Shown here: positions 12,200 to 24,520 of the stretch, piece after piece
Layout: every line of letters starts with the position of its first letter
How positions within the stretch are numbered: the stretch's first letter is position 1
From: Octopus sinensis
Lineage: Eukaryota
NCBI RefSeq assembly: GCF_006345805.1
Contig: NC_043000.1
Span: 130,696,001 to 130,760,000, forward strand
Reading direction: 5' to 3'
Length of the DNA: 64,000 nt
Notes under the pieces: generated by a model
The model's database searches: none
The model's input: the letters and a program-made list of their open reading frames with translations, nothing else
What the model was told of the DNA's origin: nothing
Position numbers and translations under genes: made by a program

Positions 12200-12594
12200 T
12201 CTTTATATATAAAAGTGAGGTTGTGTGTCTGTCTCCTACGATTTAGATTCCTAACTACTCCCACATTTTGCGGTGCAGTTTAACCAAAACCGGGTATCTT
12301 ATAGTCGTGATTTATATCGAGCCCGTCTGGGTATTAGCGCGCGTCTACGATGAGTCTACGATTTAAAAAAATATTTACCATCAATTTTTCCCATTTTTAA
12401 TCCATTTTTGACATATATAAGGGAAGTAACTCTCTAAAATTTATTATTAAATCTCAGAACGTAAAAAGCTACAGTAACACCCCTCCCCCTTTGTGGTTAG
12501 CCATATTGAGGTGGCTATTATACTTTACATCTCTAAAAATGCTTATATAATTATTTCCCTTACAAACCCGAGCAACGCCGGGCGATACTGCTAG
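12200..12594 (+). mobile_element. Non-autonomous Helitron
   Basis: Inserted between A and T; 5' TCTTTATATATAAAA; 3' hairpin CCCGAGCAACGCCGGG (12567-12582) followed by CTAG at 12591-12594. Confidence 0.85.
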
Positions 12595-12774
12595 TATAGT
12601 ATATGTGCGAAGCTATCATGTGTGAGTGTGTGTGTGTATTAACGCTTCTGTGTAGCAGCTAATGTTGCCTCGTCGAGTGGTCCACGTGTGCATGTGTTTG
12701 TGTATGTGTGTGTGTGTATTAGTGCATGAGAGATGCGTATGTAGCCCTACAAGTGTGTGTGTATTTTGTATGTT

Positions 12775-13757
12775 TAGGAGGTGGTATCAAAAAGTTCCAA
12801 GACTAGATTTTTAGCACGCCATCAGATGGCAGCACACGGTTGCGTGCGCATTCAAAGGTAGCAGTGACCTTCATGAGGCAGTGTGGCGAGTGACATCATC
12901 GCTGTGTTTACTGCACCAGTCGTGAAGTTTACGTTTCTATAATCACGTGTGTGCTGAAGTCTGCGATTTCCGTTATCGACAGGAAGTTGGAACAAAGGGC
13001 CAACGTGAAATTTTGCATCAAACTTGTAGTTATACACTCGTATACACTTGTAGGTATACACTCGTATACCTACAAAACCACCGCGAATATTTTAGTATTA
13101 ACTGTATTACTATACAGTATAGTCTTCCGTGCGTGTGCACGTACATTTACATCAATGTAATTATGCTTTTTCCTTTTTTTTTTTTACTTTCTTTTAACAG
13201 AGACATTGAGCATGCTTCAGCAAACTTACAGCGACGAGGCAATGGGTCGTACTCAATGTTTTGAATGGTACGGGCGCTTCAAAAGCGGAAGAACGTCCCT
13301 CGGAGACGATGAACGATCGGGAAGACCTGCCAGGAGCGTCATTCCCGGATATGGGGAAGAGAATATTCATCATCTTGTGCATGAGGCTCGTCGGAAGACA
13401 AGCAACGACATTGCTGATCTTCTTGGTCTGATGTATGTGTCCTTCTGAATTCTTCGCGAGGTCAATGCACACCGTCACGGAGCTCTCCTTGCGCGTGAGT
13501 TGCTCGCCAAAAGCAACACGGTTTCGCTTCTGCACCCGATTTAAGTCAGATGCTAAATCTGGCGAAATTCACCAGATTTAGCATCTGGAGATTTCCATCT
13601 CTTCTTCAAGATGAAAATGTAACTCAAATATCACCGTTTGAACACAGCTGTCGAAATCAAGAGCGAATCGCAAATGGTCCTTGATTCCCTTACGGAAACC
13701 GACTTTCTGGCCGGAATTAAAAAATAGCAGCTTCGCTGGCACCGGTGTCTTGCTGTG
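12775..13757 (+). mobile_element. Mariner transposon remnant (interrupted, internally deleted, 3' end lost)
   Basis: TA + TIR ggaggtggtatcaaaaagttcc; EQRANVKFCIKL...ETLSMLQQTYSDEAMGRTQCFEWYGRFKSGRTSLGDDERSGRP (HTH region); later SPDLASGDFHLFFKMK with stops. Confidence 0.9.
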
Positions 13758-13781
13758 TATATACACACACACACACATACA

Positions 13782-13848
<67 letters not shown>

Positions 13849-13904
13849 TTGTATATATATATATACAGGAGAGAGAGAGAAAGGCAGATAGACAGACAGA
13901 TAAC

Positions 13905-13923
13905 TAGATAGATAAATGGAAAG

Positions 13924-14006
<83 letters not shown>

Positions 14007-14017
14007 GAGATAGATAG
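13905..14017. repeat. (GATA)n microsatellite
   Basis: Directly visible. Confidence 0.95.
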
Positions 14018-14970
14018 AAGTCCGAGAACTATAGATGTAAACGTAATATACACACCCATGACTCCAGAGAGTTAACGAGAGGAAATTTTGAATTAAATTT
14101 GCTATAAATATTAATAGGATATTAACGACATAAATATATTACCGAACTTTATAGTCGTTCATATGTATAGAAAAACTATTCTGGCATTAATATTCTATAA
14201 ACAATCCCTACATAACGAAATGGCGCACTGGAATACTATGTAAATATGCAATACATTAACTGTGCTTGTTAAACAGGAGACATATTCAGGTGATGAAGAT
14301 TAATTATAATCGTAATTGTTTACAAAACTCTCCATACAATTAAAAAGAATATGTATTAACTAATAAATCTCCTGCCAGATTTGCTATAGTTTATTGCTAT
14401 AGTGATCAAGTTACGTAGGACATCGAATATTTTATAGTTCCTCGGTGATGCCTAGTTGTAGGTAGCCCGGAGCCAAATCAGTTGCTTTACTGTACCGCCT
14501 CTTATGTCACGCAAAACGATGTTCTGTAATTGCTTTTCTTGCTTATGTAAGTGTCTATATGTGCATATAAATATATGCATATATACATACACACATGTAC
14601 ATACCCACACGTATGCATATATACATGCATATATTATCATATAATCAAACGCTACGCATCCATTTCCAAGAAAGTTTTATCTCAATAATTACAATACGCA
14701 CACTTATTCTATCTCTTTTCTGTCTATCTCCCTCTCTTGTTCTTCCTTTCTGTTTTTCTCTCCCGAGTGTATGTATGACCGCATGTATTTTTAATATCTA
14801 CTCATTCATATATTTCTGTTTATGTACTTATGTTGGCATGCAATACGCGCAAATGTATCATTAAATGAATTTGTTGAATTCTTTGCTGTCGTAGCTGCTG
14901 CTGCTCGGCTGCTATATCTGTTATTGCTAACAGTTGTTTCGTATTGCTGCTGTTGTTGTTACCTCCCTAG

Positions 14971-15375
14971 TTACCTCCGCCAAGAAAGGAGGTTATGTTT
15001 TCATCGGCGTTAGTTTGTCCGTCTGTCCCTCTCTGTGCAAAATAACTCAAAATCTTGTGGACGGTATTTGATGAAACTTGCTGTACCTTGGTAATGACAC
15101 AAGGTACAAATGATTAAATTTTGGTAGTGATTCGGGAATTTTTACGGATTCTTGAAGGATTTTTCTTTTGTTATATTTACTTTACGTGAAGTATTACAAT
15201 GCTACGTTCTTTGGTTATCTCCCTTGAAAACACGTTCATCGTTTCCGCGTAACCTATGGCGGCGTTGCTGTTTCCAAAGTTTATTTTCGTTTCTCTATTA
15301 GTAATTTTACTCGCGTATCTATCTTAAAATGAGCTGCTTGGCGGAAGTCTGCGCCCTCCGAGTGGTTTTCTAGTT
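14971..15375 (+). mobile_element. Non-autonomous Helentron/HINE-type element
   Basis: Subterminal inverted repeats ACCTCCGCCAAG (14973-14984) / CTTGGCGGAAGT (15337-15348); 5' ttacctccgccaagaaaggaggttatgtttt; 3' tctgcgccctccgagtggttttCTAGTT. Confidence 0.8.
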
Positions 15376-15899
15376 ATTACTGTTGTTTTTGCTGTCGTTG
15401 TTTGTTGCTGGTTTTGTTGTTGTGTTGTGGTTGTTACTGCTGCTATTTATTGCAGATGCTGTTTTTGTTGCTGCTGTATATATTTTGAAATCACCCCAAG
15501 GCAAGGACTGTAGCCTTGACTACCTCTCTTTTGCAGTATCTAGCAATGTCTAGTTACACACAGTTTCTTAAATCTAATAGAAAGTGATTTGAGGTATAAC
15601 TAACCATTAGGTTTTGAAGGTCTAGTAACCACATGGTGGCTTGACCTTTCGTTCAAAAGTAGTGCTGATGTGATTTGCTTATATCACACCAACATTCATC
15701 TTGTGCTTGCTTTTTTATCACATGTGTTTGTATATGTTTGTATATGTAGGGATACTGTATGCCCTCTCGGGTAATGTCGTATATCACACCTAATTGCTTC
15801 ATAAAATTCAAGTAAAATAATGAAATCGATGTTATATATGTAATCAATTTATGAAATCATTATCTTAAATAACCTTCAATAATTGTGACACAACGCTCA

Positions 15900-16230
15900 C
15901 TTTAGGCACTTCCATAATAATGTTTCACCAGCAGTGTCCAATCTTCTTAATCCACGACGTCCTCTAATTCTACTCAACCAAGCATCTGAACAAAATATTT
16001 TAGGTTTGCTTGAAGAAAATGCATTCGAGGAATATTTTCTACGAATTTTCACATCTCCGTTTTAGGAGTCTTTTCATGTCTGCTATTTTATTCTTGCACT
16101 CATAACATGCGGTAAAATCTAAAAGCTGTTCTTCATATATCTCTCTTATTTTTCTCTGTTTTTGACATTTTAATGTCATATAAAGTCGGCGGTCCATTTT
16201 TATATTCCATATGGAATTCACTTCGTTTTC
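15900..16230 (-). pseudogene. Possible pogo/Tigger (CENP-B-type HTH) transposase remnant
   Basis: Minus frames give FCSDAWLSRIRGRRGLRRLDTAGETL, resembling the FxASxGWLxRFKxRHGIxxLxxxGE motif, and KMDRRLY upstream; frameshifted. Confidence 0.45.
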
Positions 16231-16939
16231 AAGCTGCGTTCTATTTTCATAATGATATCTTGCTTACTCCTGCTCTATAGTTGCTTTCCTTTGTATTTTC
16301 TCAGTCATTTTAGATAGCACGATCAGAAAACTGACAAATGTCTAAAATATAACATTACGTTTCGCGTAATCTTTAAACGGAAGTCGGTTTAAAAGATGGC
16401 AGAATAGATGCAAGCAATCAAGAGCGTGCCAGTAGCTTCCACAATTTTCAAATATGCGGTTACCTTGGTTTTTCTGCTATTCTGCATAACCATTATTTCG
16501 GTATTATAGTGCCGTTTATTTCCCTTCTGTCTTATTTTTACTGTCTCATTATTCTTGTCTTATAAACAGATCAGTTTTTTGGTGCATATTTCTTCATTTT
16601 TTTCATTGCAGGTAATTTCGAAGATTTTGGGCGTCAGCTGTAAATATTCAACGTAAATTAGAATTATTCGAAGCGTGCACGTGTATTATGTGAGAAGTGG
16701 AGAGATAGAACCGAGAAAGAGAAAGTGGTGGCTTGCTGAAGAAAATTGAAGCCCACAAAATTCCAATTAAGCTTACAGATAGTCTGTTCTACAATCTGAT
16801 TTATGTTTTGTATTCTTCATTAAAATCATTATAATGCAGTCTCGTCGTTCTCATGTTATGTAGATTAACTAGTATTCGCTCAAATATTTACACAAACATA
16901 CACACACACATACACACGCACGCATATACACACACCCAC

Positions 16940-16946
16940 ATATCTA

Positions 16947-17001
<55 letters not shown>

Positions 17002-17103
17002 TATATATATACATACATACATCATACATATATATGTACATATACATATGCATATATATACATATACATACATACATATATATATATACACGTGTGTGTT
17101 TGC

Positions 17104-17160
<57 letters not shown>

Positions 17161-17285
17161 TATATATACACATACATACATACATACATACATCATACAT
17201 ATATATGTACATATACATATGCAATATATACATATACATACATACATATATATATATACACGTGTGTGTTTGCATATATATATAT

Positions 17286-17322
<37 letters not shown>

Positions 17323-17430
17323 CTTTGTATGTTGTATGTGTGCGTATTTATGCACTTGTATACAAATATATGTGTATTTAATGTATGCATGTATATATAT
17401 ATATGTGTGTGTGTATGTGTGTGTGTTCCG
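16940..17430. repeat. Compound (TA)n/(TACA)n tract with an internal ~100-bp block duplicated
   Basis: Block ending cacgtgtgtgtttgcat occurs at ~17010-17105 and ~17185-17275. Confidence 0.85.
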
Positions 17431-18001
17431 CGTCTGTCTGCAAGTTCATATGTGCAGCAAGAATGCATACATATGTATGAAAACACATGCGCACATATGC
17501 GTGCATATACCCAGATACTTGTTTCCAGACCCAAATACACGCGCAGGCACATGCACACACAAACACACACACACGCACACACATACACAAACGCAACCAT
17601 AGTATCTAAGCATAGAAAGAAACAGAGAGATAGAGAAGATCGTGAAAGAGAAATCCAACATCCATTTAGCCACACTTCCATTATCCAATTTTAAAAACAG
17701 AAAAAAATGACGTCTTCCTATTCAATGAAAGACTTGATTAATAATAGCGAGATTAGAAAAACACTAACTTAATTTCAATATACTTTCATATGTGTCACAA
17801 AGCAAAATATTAAAAAGACAGAGATTTTTTTTTTTAATGTTCTAAACAGATATGAAGACATTTCAATGTTATGTACTTTGAATTTCTATGCGCGATAGTC
17901 ATAACATATAGACACTTGTTCGTATATGTGTGTTTGCTTACACACGTGTATATATATATATATATATATACGCGAGAAAGAAGCAACAAGAATGGATAGG
18001 T

Positions 18002-18091
18002 TTTTAGTACGATCGTTTCATACAAGGACAGGTTTTATTAAAGTTGCAAAGATTACAGCATATAAACGAGTCCCGTACTCATCAGCTAAAA
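18002..18091 (-). ncRNA. Type I hammerhead ribozyme (inverted copy)
   Basis: Reverse complement of the 18142-18230 motif; all core nucleotides intact. Confidence 0.85.
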
Positions 18092-18141
18092 TACATGTAA
18101 GTTCTCTAGACATCCTAGGATGTCTAGAGAACTTACATGTA

Positions 18142-18230
18142 TTTTAGCTGATGAGTACGGGACTCGTTTATATGCTGTAATCTTTGCAACTTTTAATAAA
18201 ACCTGCTTGTATGAAACGATCGTACTAAAA
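18142..18230 (+). ncRNA. Type I hammerhead ribozyme with large stem II loop
   Basis: TTTTAG-CTGATGA-GTACGGG...CTTGTAT-GAAA-CGATCG-TA-CTAAAA; stem I 6 bp, stem II 7 bp with wobbles, palindromic ACGATCGT stem III, GUA cleavage triplet. Confidence 0.85.
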
Positions 18231-18373
18231 ACCTATCCATTCTTGTTGCTTCTTTCTCGCTTATAATCACCCCACATTACTGTATTGTTAAATCAGTATA
18301 GTTTTTTTTTGGTGCATCTAGTTAGGTACCATATTCAAGTAAATTTTTAAAATTAACTTGAATCTTTATTGCT

Positions 18374-18456
<83 letters not shown>

Positions 18457-19669
18457 GCGTATTTATGAAGGCATGTTTGTACCATATATATATATATGCG
18501 CGCGCCCGTGTGTGTGTGTGTGTGTGTGAATGTATATGTGAGTATATATACATATGCATTTCTAGCTCAATGTAATAATGAATGTATAAAATAAAATGAA
18601 GCATTCATTTATTATGCTAACATGCATACGTATATATATATACGTAGGTATGTAAATATCAGAATGTACTCCATATTTCGTGCGTATGTCTGACTATGGT
18701 TCCGCGTGCACTGATACAGAAATCTACTTCTTTCACACAGATATTTATTTTTTCTTCCTTCAATTTTTTTATCTAACATACTTTTTAACATTTTCCTTTT
18801 CTCTTTTATTTATTCTTTTGGTCTTAAGCACACAAACGTCAGGTGAGGAGATACAAATTCTTTGTAGTTAGAAAGAGCTTTATTTTCTTGTTCGTCAACA
18901 GTGACATTTTGACATTACCAAAATAGTTTTCTTTTATTATTTCGAAGAAAAAAATGTTATTATTTTATTTTAAGCACTACGTGTTTAACATATTTGCAAC
19001 ACGCAATCTAATGAAATTGGTGTAAAACTAGGGGAAGAGAAGTGTAAATAGGATTTCAAAAAGAACAAACAGCGTTAAAATAGTTAAAATTTAATGTCAT
19101 AAAATGAAAGAAAATGATTATAAGTCTTTAGAAAAATCGAAAGATCGAGGCTGCTGCTTCTAAATGCGATGTTTGAATGGCTTGAGAGAAAGAATATCTT
19201 TGTTGAAGAATCAAGTTCCATCAAGGTACGCTTTCGAATTTACAAATTCTCAAAACATTACATGTGGTACATTGGACGAGTTCCCACACACACATACACA
19301 CTCACACACACACTCATCCACACACACACACGCATCCACACACACACACACACATTCATACACATACGCTCACACGCACACATATATACAAATATGTGTA
19401 TTATGTGTGTATGTATATATATATATATATAATATATATATATGTATCTATGTATCTATGTATAAGTAGCCATTTCATCTAATCTTTCGTATTTGTCCTC
19501 CCAATGCGCCATTAAGTAAATGAATACTTTTCGACCTCGATAGAAAACATTCAGTTGATGATCAACTGGACCAACTGGACCACCAAGTCTTTGAAATAGC
19601 ATACACATAACTGAGGGCGCAACAAACTCCTGTACCCTTACCGTAACAGCTCCAAACAGTATCAGTGTG

Positions 19670-20072
19670 TCTAGCTGTGTGGTAAGTAGCTTGCAAACCA
19701 GCCACATGGTTCCGGGTTCAGTCCCACTGCGTGGCATCTTGGGCAAGTCTCTTCTGCTATAGCCCCGGGCCGACCAATGCCTTGTGAGTGGATTTGGTAG
19801 ACGGAAACTGAAAGAAGCCTGTCGTATATATGTATATATATATGTGTGTATGTGTGTGTGTGTGTGTGTTTGCCCCCCTGGCATTGCTTGACAACCGATG
19901 CTGGTGTGTTTACGTCCCCGTCACTTAACGGTTCGGCAAAAGAGACCGATAGAATAAGTGCTGAGCTTACAAAGAATAAGTCCCGGGGTCGATTTGCTCG
20001 ACTAAAGGCGGTGCTCCAGCATGGCCGCAGTCAAATGACTGAAACAAGTAAAAGAGTAAAAGAATAAAAGAG
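19670..20072 (+). mobile_element. tRNA-derived SINE with internal TA/TG microsatellite
   Basis: tgtggtaagtagcttg...ccgggttcagtcccactgcgtggcatcttgggcaag...gaaactgaaagaagcc (TA/TG) cttgacaaccgatg...tgactgaaacaagtaaaaga. Confidence 0.9.
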
Positions 20073-20676
20073 TATAACTATCCAGTGACTTTCCAGACCA
20101 TTTCTGCCAAGCCAATTTCAGCCACAGTCAACAAATAGACCCGAAACTATAAGTAAATACTCAAGCTCAACATACCAAACTAAGGATCGAACACGGGATC
20201 TAAAGATTGCGAAATGCACTTCTTAGAAATAACCAATCGAAAACGAAGATATATATTACTACAAAGATAAGTGGTACAACCTGCTTGCAAAGGCAACAGC
20301 AAAATGTATTCTCAAAGAAACTTCTACTACTGACATGTGAAACACGTGTTTCGAATTGTAATCCATAGGGCAACATTCCAACACAGATTAGAAGGCTACA
20401 TTTATAAATAAACCTAATCATACTATGGTGTTCTTTCTAAATGAATCGTCCTTCACCAGCTTTATTATATGTAGAACTAAATATTAATGCTTGACTGGCG
20501 AGCATGACTGGCGAACTGTTAATTCCGATAATGAAATGTGTTGCGGAAGCATACGTTTGCCTTTTACTCAGAGTATGTTACTTTTGTTCCTTTGATTCTT
20601 TTTTATGTACTTAACTCTTTTGTAACGCAAAACAAGGTTTAAAATACAACATACGCACACACACACACACACACAC

Positions 20677-20714
<38 letters not shown>

Positions 20715-20790
20715 TCATATATACATACGTATATGCATATACATCTATACGTATACATACACACACACATATAAATATATATATATAAAG

Positions 20791-20992
20791 TTAATCCAAA
20801 CATGAAAACACAACAACGCGAGGACGTGGAACAAATATAGTGTTATTGGACGCTCAGGAAGGAAGGGAAGAAGGAGGGTCTTACGTTTCGAGCGGAGCTC
20901 TTCGTCAGAAACATAGGAAAAGGAAAGATCCAGAGAAGAGAAGACGGAGGGAAAAAAATCACCTACGTCACACATGCGGTCACATTTTGAAC
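20791..20992 (-). mobile_element. TA-flanked non-coding element carrying a minimal HHR (Penelope pLTR-like)
   Basis: Flanked by (TA)n on both sides; a relative lies at 42212-42440. Confidence 0.75.
20878..20912 (-). ncRNA. Minimal type I hammerhead ribozyme
   Basis: GTTT-CTGACGA-A-GAGC TCC GCTC-GAAA-CG-TA-AGAC; ACGT palindromic stem III, GUA site. Confidence 0.8.
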
Positions 20993-21009
20993 ATATATAT
21001 ATATATATA

Positions 21010-21210
21010 TGCATATGTGGGCACAGGATGTCATGAAACGTGTACAGCAAAAAAATACGAAGTACGAGTATATGGAATATGAACTATTTTTTCAAACAAC
21101 GAAAGACACAAATGGAAAACAAGACAAACAACATAAAGAACAATCCTTCATCAGTTGTTGGCAATTTATCTACTCTCGTATTTCGAGCATACGTCTGCTC
21201 CCAAGTAAGT
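21010..21210 (-). mobile_element. TA-anchored interspersed repeat
   Basis: Related in reverse complement to 36230-36420 and to 35805-35900; begins at a (TA)n tract. Confidence 0.55.
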
Positions 21211-21593
21211 TTTATATAAATGTGTGTGTGTGTGTGAGTGTGTGTATGCGTGTGTGTGTGTGTGTGAGTGTGTGTGTGTGGGTGTGTGTGTGTGTGTGCC
21301 TGTGTGTCTGTGTGTCTGTGTGTATGTATGTATGTATTATGTATGATTGTATTATGTAGAGTGTTTTGTGTGGTGTACATAAATTGAATATTGAGAAAAA
21401 AGTCGTCAGAGTTTTGGAAAACAATCTTTTATTTCTTCATTATTATCAACTCTTTATGAAGGTAGAAACAGTTTGTTCATTTATATAAAACATATGTTTT
21501 TTGTTTAGAAGAAGAGAACATTGTTTATGCTTTTGTGGTGAAGTACCATGACAATGGAGATAGATAGATAGAAATATAGGTAGGTTGAGAGGC

Positions 21594-21659
<66 letters not shown>

Positions 21660-23089
21660 GGGGAGAGAGAGAAGGGGGATACCCCTTCCTATTCACCATT
21701 CATTTATTTATTGTCAATTACCATTGTATTGGAATGGGTTCAAGGATGGTGACCCCTTAAAACAAGGTAAAAACAGATGTGATGTGGTCATGACTGAAAG
21801 TCTTTTGCTTTCTTTTTCTCTTCCCCTCTTTTTTACTCTTTTCTCTTTCTTTCTTTTCTCCTCTTACCTTCTTTTTTCCTCTTTCTTTTTCTCCTCTTTG
21901 AGTTATATTTAGAATACAAAATGTAATATCTCCCCCTTTTCTTTTAAACATTCAAGTTTGGAGAGACTGTTTTGATGAAATGTAGTTATGCATGAAAAAA
22001 TATTAGTATAATATTTACAAATTAAAAACTTAAAATAAATTATCAAATTTAATTTAATATATATATATATAACACGTGGACTGTTGACGGTTTTTCCTCT
22101 TCTTCCTTTTCCTTTGGACTTTCTTCTGTTTCCAAAGAGGAGCTATGCTCGAAACAAAACAACTACTCTTTTCTTTCTCTGAGCATCGTATTACTTGTGC
22201 TACGTCCTCACGTTGTTCCTTTTTGTTGTCTTTTTTTCCGTTGTTTGAATTATGTGTGTGTGTGTATGTGTGTGTATGTGTGTGTATAGGCACACATACA
22301 TGCATATATGAATTAATATATACGTGCGGGAATTCATATATACGTGCGGGTCTGTATATATGGGCGTGTGTATATGGACGTGTGCATTTGTTTTGTCTTT
22401 ACTGGCATTGATTAAATATGTTATGGGTTACAAGTACTTTGTGAAACATTGTTTGCGATGCTTACAATGCCTGTACACTGTAGACATCTCTTTTTCTATA
22501 AGTAGAATAGATTCCTGATATCAGGATAATATCTGTTGATTACATGACAGAAACCGAACCATATAATCTTTTGTATGAATTCTCAATGTCTGCGTGGATT
22601 CTTGCGGAACGCTTACATGCTGTCTCATCCGCTATGAGCAATAGATATTCTTTGGTATTCAAATGAGAATATACATTGTGTTTTTAAAGTTGTCATGCGC
22701 ACATAAACAGGAGTATCTGTCCATTTATCTACATATTTATCTCTTTATAGATCTATTTTCCTGGCAAAAACTATCGATATTTATATCTAACCATATACAC
22801 ATACACGCTCATAAACACTTCTGTACAATTGTATGAGTGTTGTTGCACGTGTAAATATATAAATATATATGATAATTATACGGAGAGATAGTTTGATACT
22901 AAACAGAAAGTTGGGGAACTACATGGCTATACACATACACGTAAAGATACTCAGACACAGAAATTCATCATCATATATTTCGCTTTCATGCTGTTATTTT
23001 CTTTGCAGTTTCGCTTCCTATTTCATACTTCTATATTTTTTTATTTATACTTTTCGTTTTCCTTCTTTCACGTTCTGCTTTCTTCTGCT

Positions 23090-23091
23090 TT

Positions 23092-23159
<68 letters not shown>

Positions 23160-23347
23160 ACTACTACTACTACTACTACTGCTGCTGCTGCTTCTACTAC
23201 TATTACTACTACTACTACTACTACTATTACTATTACTATAATAATATTATTATTATTATAAAAGCAATAATAATAATAGTAATAATAATAAAAAAATAAT
23301 AAAAATACTACTAATAATATTATTATATTATTATTATCATTATATTA

Positions 23348-23385
<38 letters not shown>

Positions 23386-23412
23386 CATCATCATCATCAT
23401 CATCATCATCAT
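23090..23412. repeat. Compound trinucleotide tract (TTC/TTA/CTA/CTG/ATC)
   Basis: Directly visible. Confidence 0.9.
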
Positions 23413-23934
23413 GAGTGAGAGAGCAGTGCATGCCATCAAAGTGACACTAGAGTAAAACATACGAAGCCCAGTATACCCATCATGACTACCCGTTTTATGC
23501 GGGTACACCAGTCACATGCATCACAACCATATGTGCGCGACATATTGATCTCATATCAAGATAAACAGTGCATGAACTTGCAGGTGGGGCCCAGTTACAA
23601 TTTTCTTCTGGTCGAGTAGCTCATCCCACTTAAAAGCTCCCTGAATAAGGGTTGTTTAAGGATGTTGAACAAAACACCTTTTTCCAAAGGTGAGTTATCC
23701 AAGCCCCCCAAAATTCCTCTCAACGCATGGCTATGATGCTCCCCCACTACTTCTGCTCGTGGTCAGAGATGCACATATCACCAGCCACTAAGGGACATGG
23801 TCAACTGTTTAAGGTCAAACAACTGACAAGCAAATCTGTGGTATTGAGCAGAATATTTACTGTAGCCGATCTTTTATACCAAGACAAGACAATGTACATG
23901 ATAACACTTCCAATCAGTTAAGATCAGAAGCCAT
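23413..23934 (-). mobile_element. Diverged copy of the ATT-embedded repeat of 6907-7464
   Basis: Colinear from gagtgagagagcagt to agatcagaagccat; lacks the last ~30 bp. Confidence 0.9.
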
Positions 23935-23946
23935 TATTATTATTAT

Positions 23947-24029
<83 letters not shown>

Positions 24030-24030
24030 A

Positions 24031-24069
<39 letters not shown>

Positions 24070-24103
24070 GGTTGTTGTTGCTGTTTTTGTTGCTGTTGTT
24101 GCT

Positions 24104-24223
24104 GTCATATCTCCCGACTTTTCTTTCTTCCTTATTGCATACCTTGTTGTCAGCTGGGTATGCTATGTCTATGATCCAGCATAGTTTGTTTTCTTTCTCA
24201 ATCAAGACTATGTCCGGCTTATT
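24104..24223 (-). pseudogene. R4/Dong-type non-LTR retrotransposon restriction-like endonuclease fragment
   Basis: NKPDIVLIEKENKLCWIIDIAYPADNKVCNKEERKVGRY matches the PD...D(I/V)xxP...KxxKY RLE motif. Confidence 0.85.
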
Positions 24224-24351
24224 ATTATTATTATCATTATTATTATTATTATTATTATTATTAGTAGTAGTAGTAGTAGTATTACTACTACTACTACTAC
24301 TACTGCTATCGTCGTCCTCCTCCTCTTCTTCTCTTCTTCTTCTTCTCCTCC

Positions 24352-24520
24352 TCTTCGGCTCAGGATGCTTAGTGCCGTCAGATTCGGTGCCGTCTTGGTA
24401 GCTGGAACGCCGCAATTATAGACCCACAGTTGGCCAGGGAGCTCTTGGAACCATTCTCTATCATGTGTTTGGTCCTTCAAAGTTGTCGTATCTCATTTGT
24501 TCTTAATGCACTGGTTCTAG
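24352..24520 (-). pseudogene. Probable R4/Dong-type ORF C-terminus fragment
   Basis: SALRT (GALGT-like), then in another frame REWFQELPGQLWVYN...KTAPNLTALSILSR, resembling the terminal QKTALLGTAxILR motif. Confidence 0.5.

Larger units (their letters stand above)
17972..18378 (+). mobile_element. TA-flanked fold-back element, spacer-less palindrome 17972-18260
   Basis: ~145-bp arms centred on catccTAggatg (18116/18117); right side continues ~118 bp to (TA)n. Confidence 0.9.
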
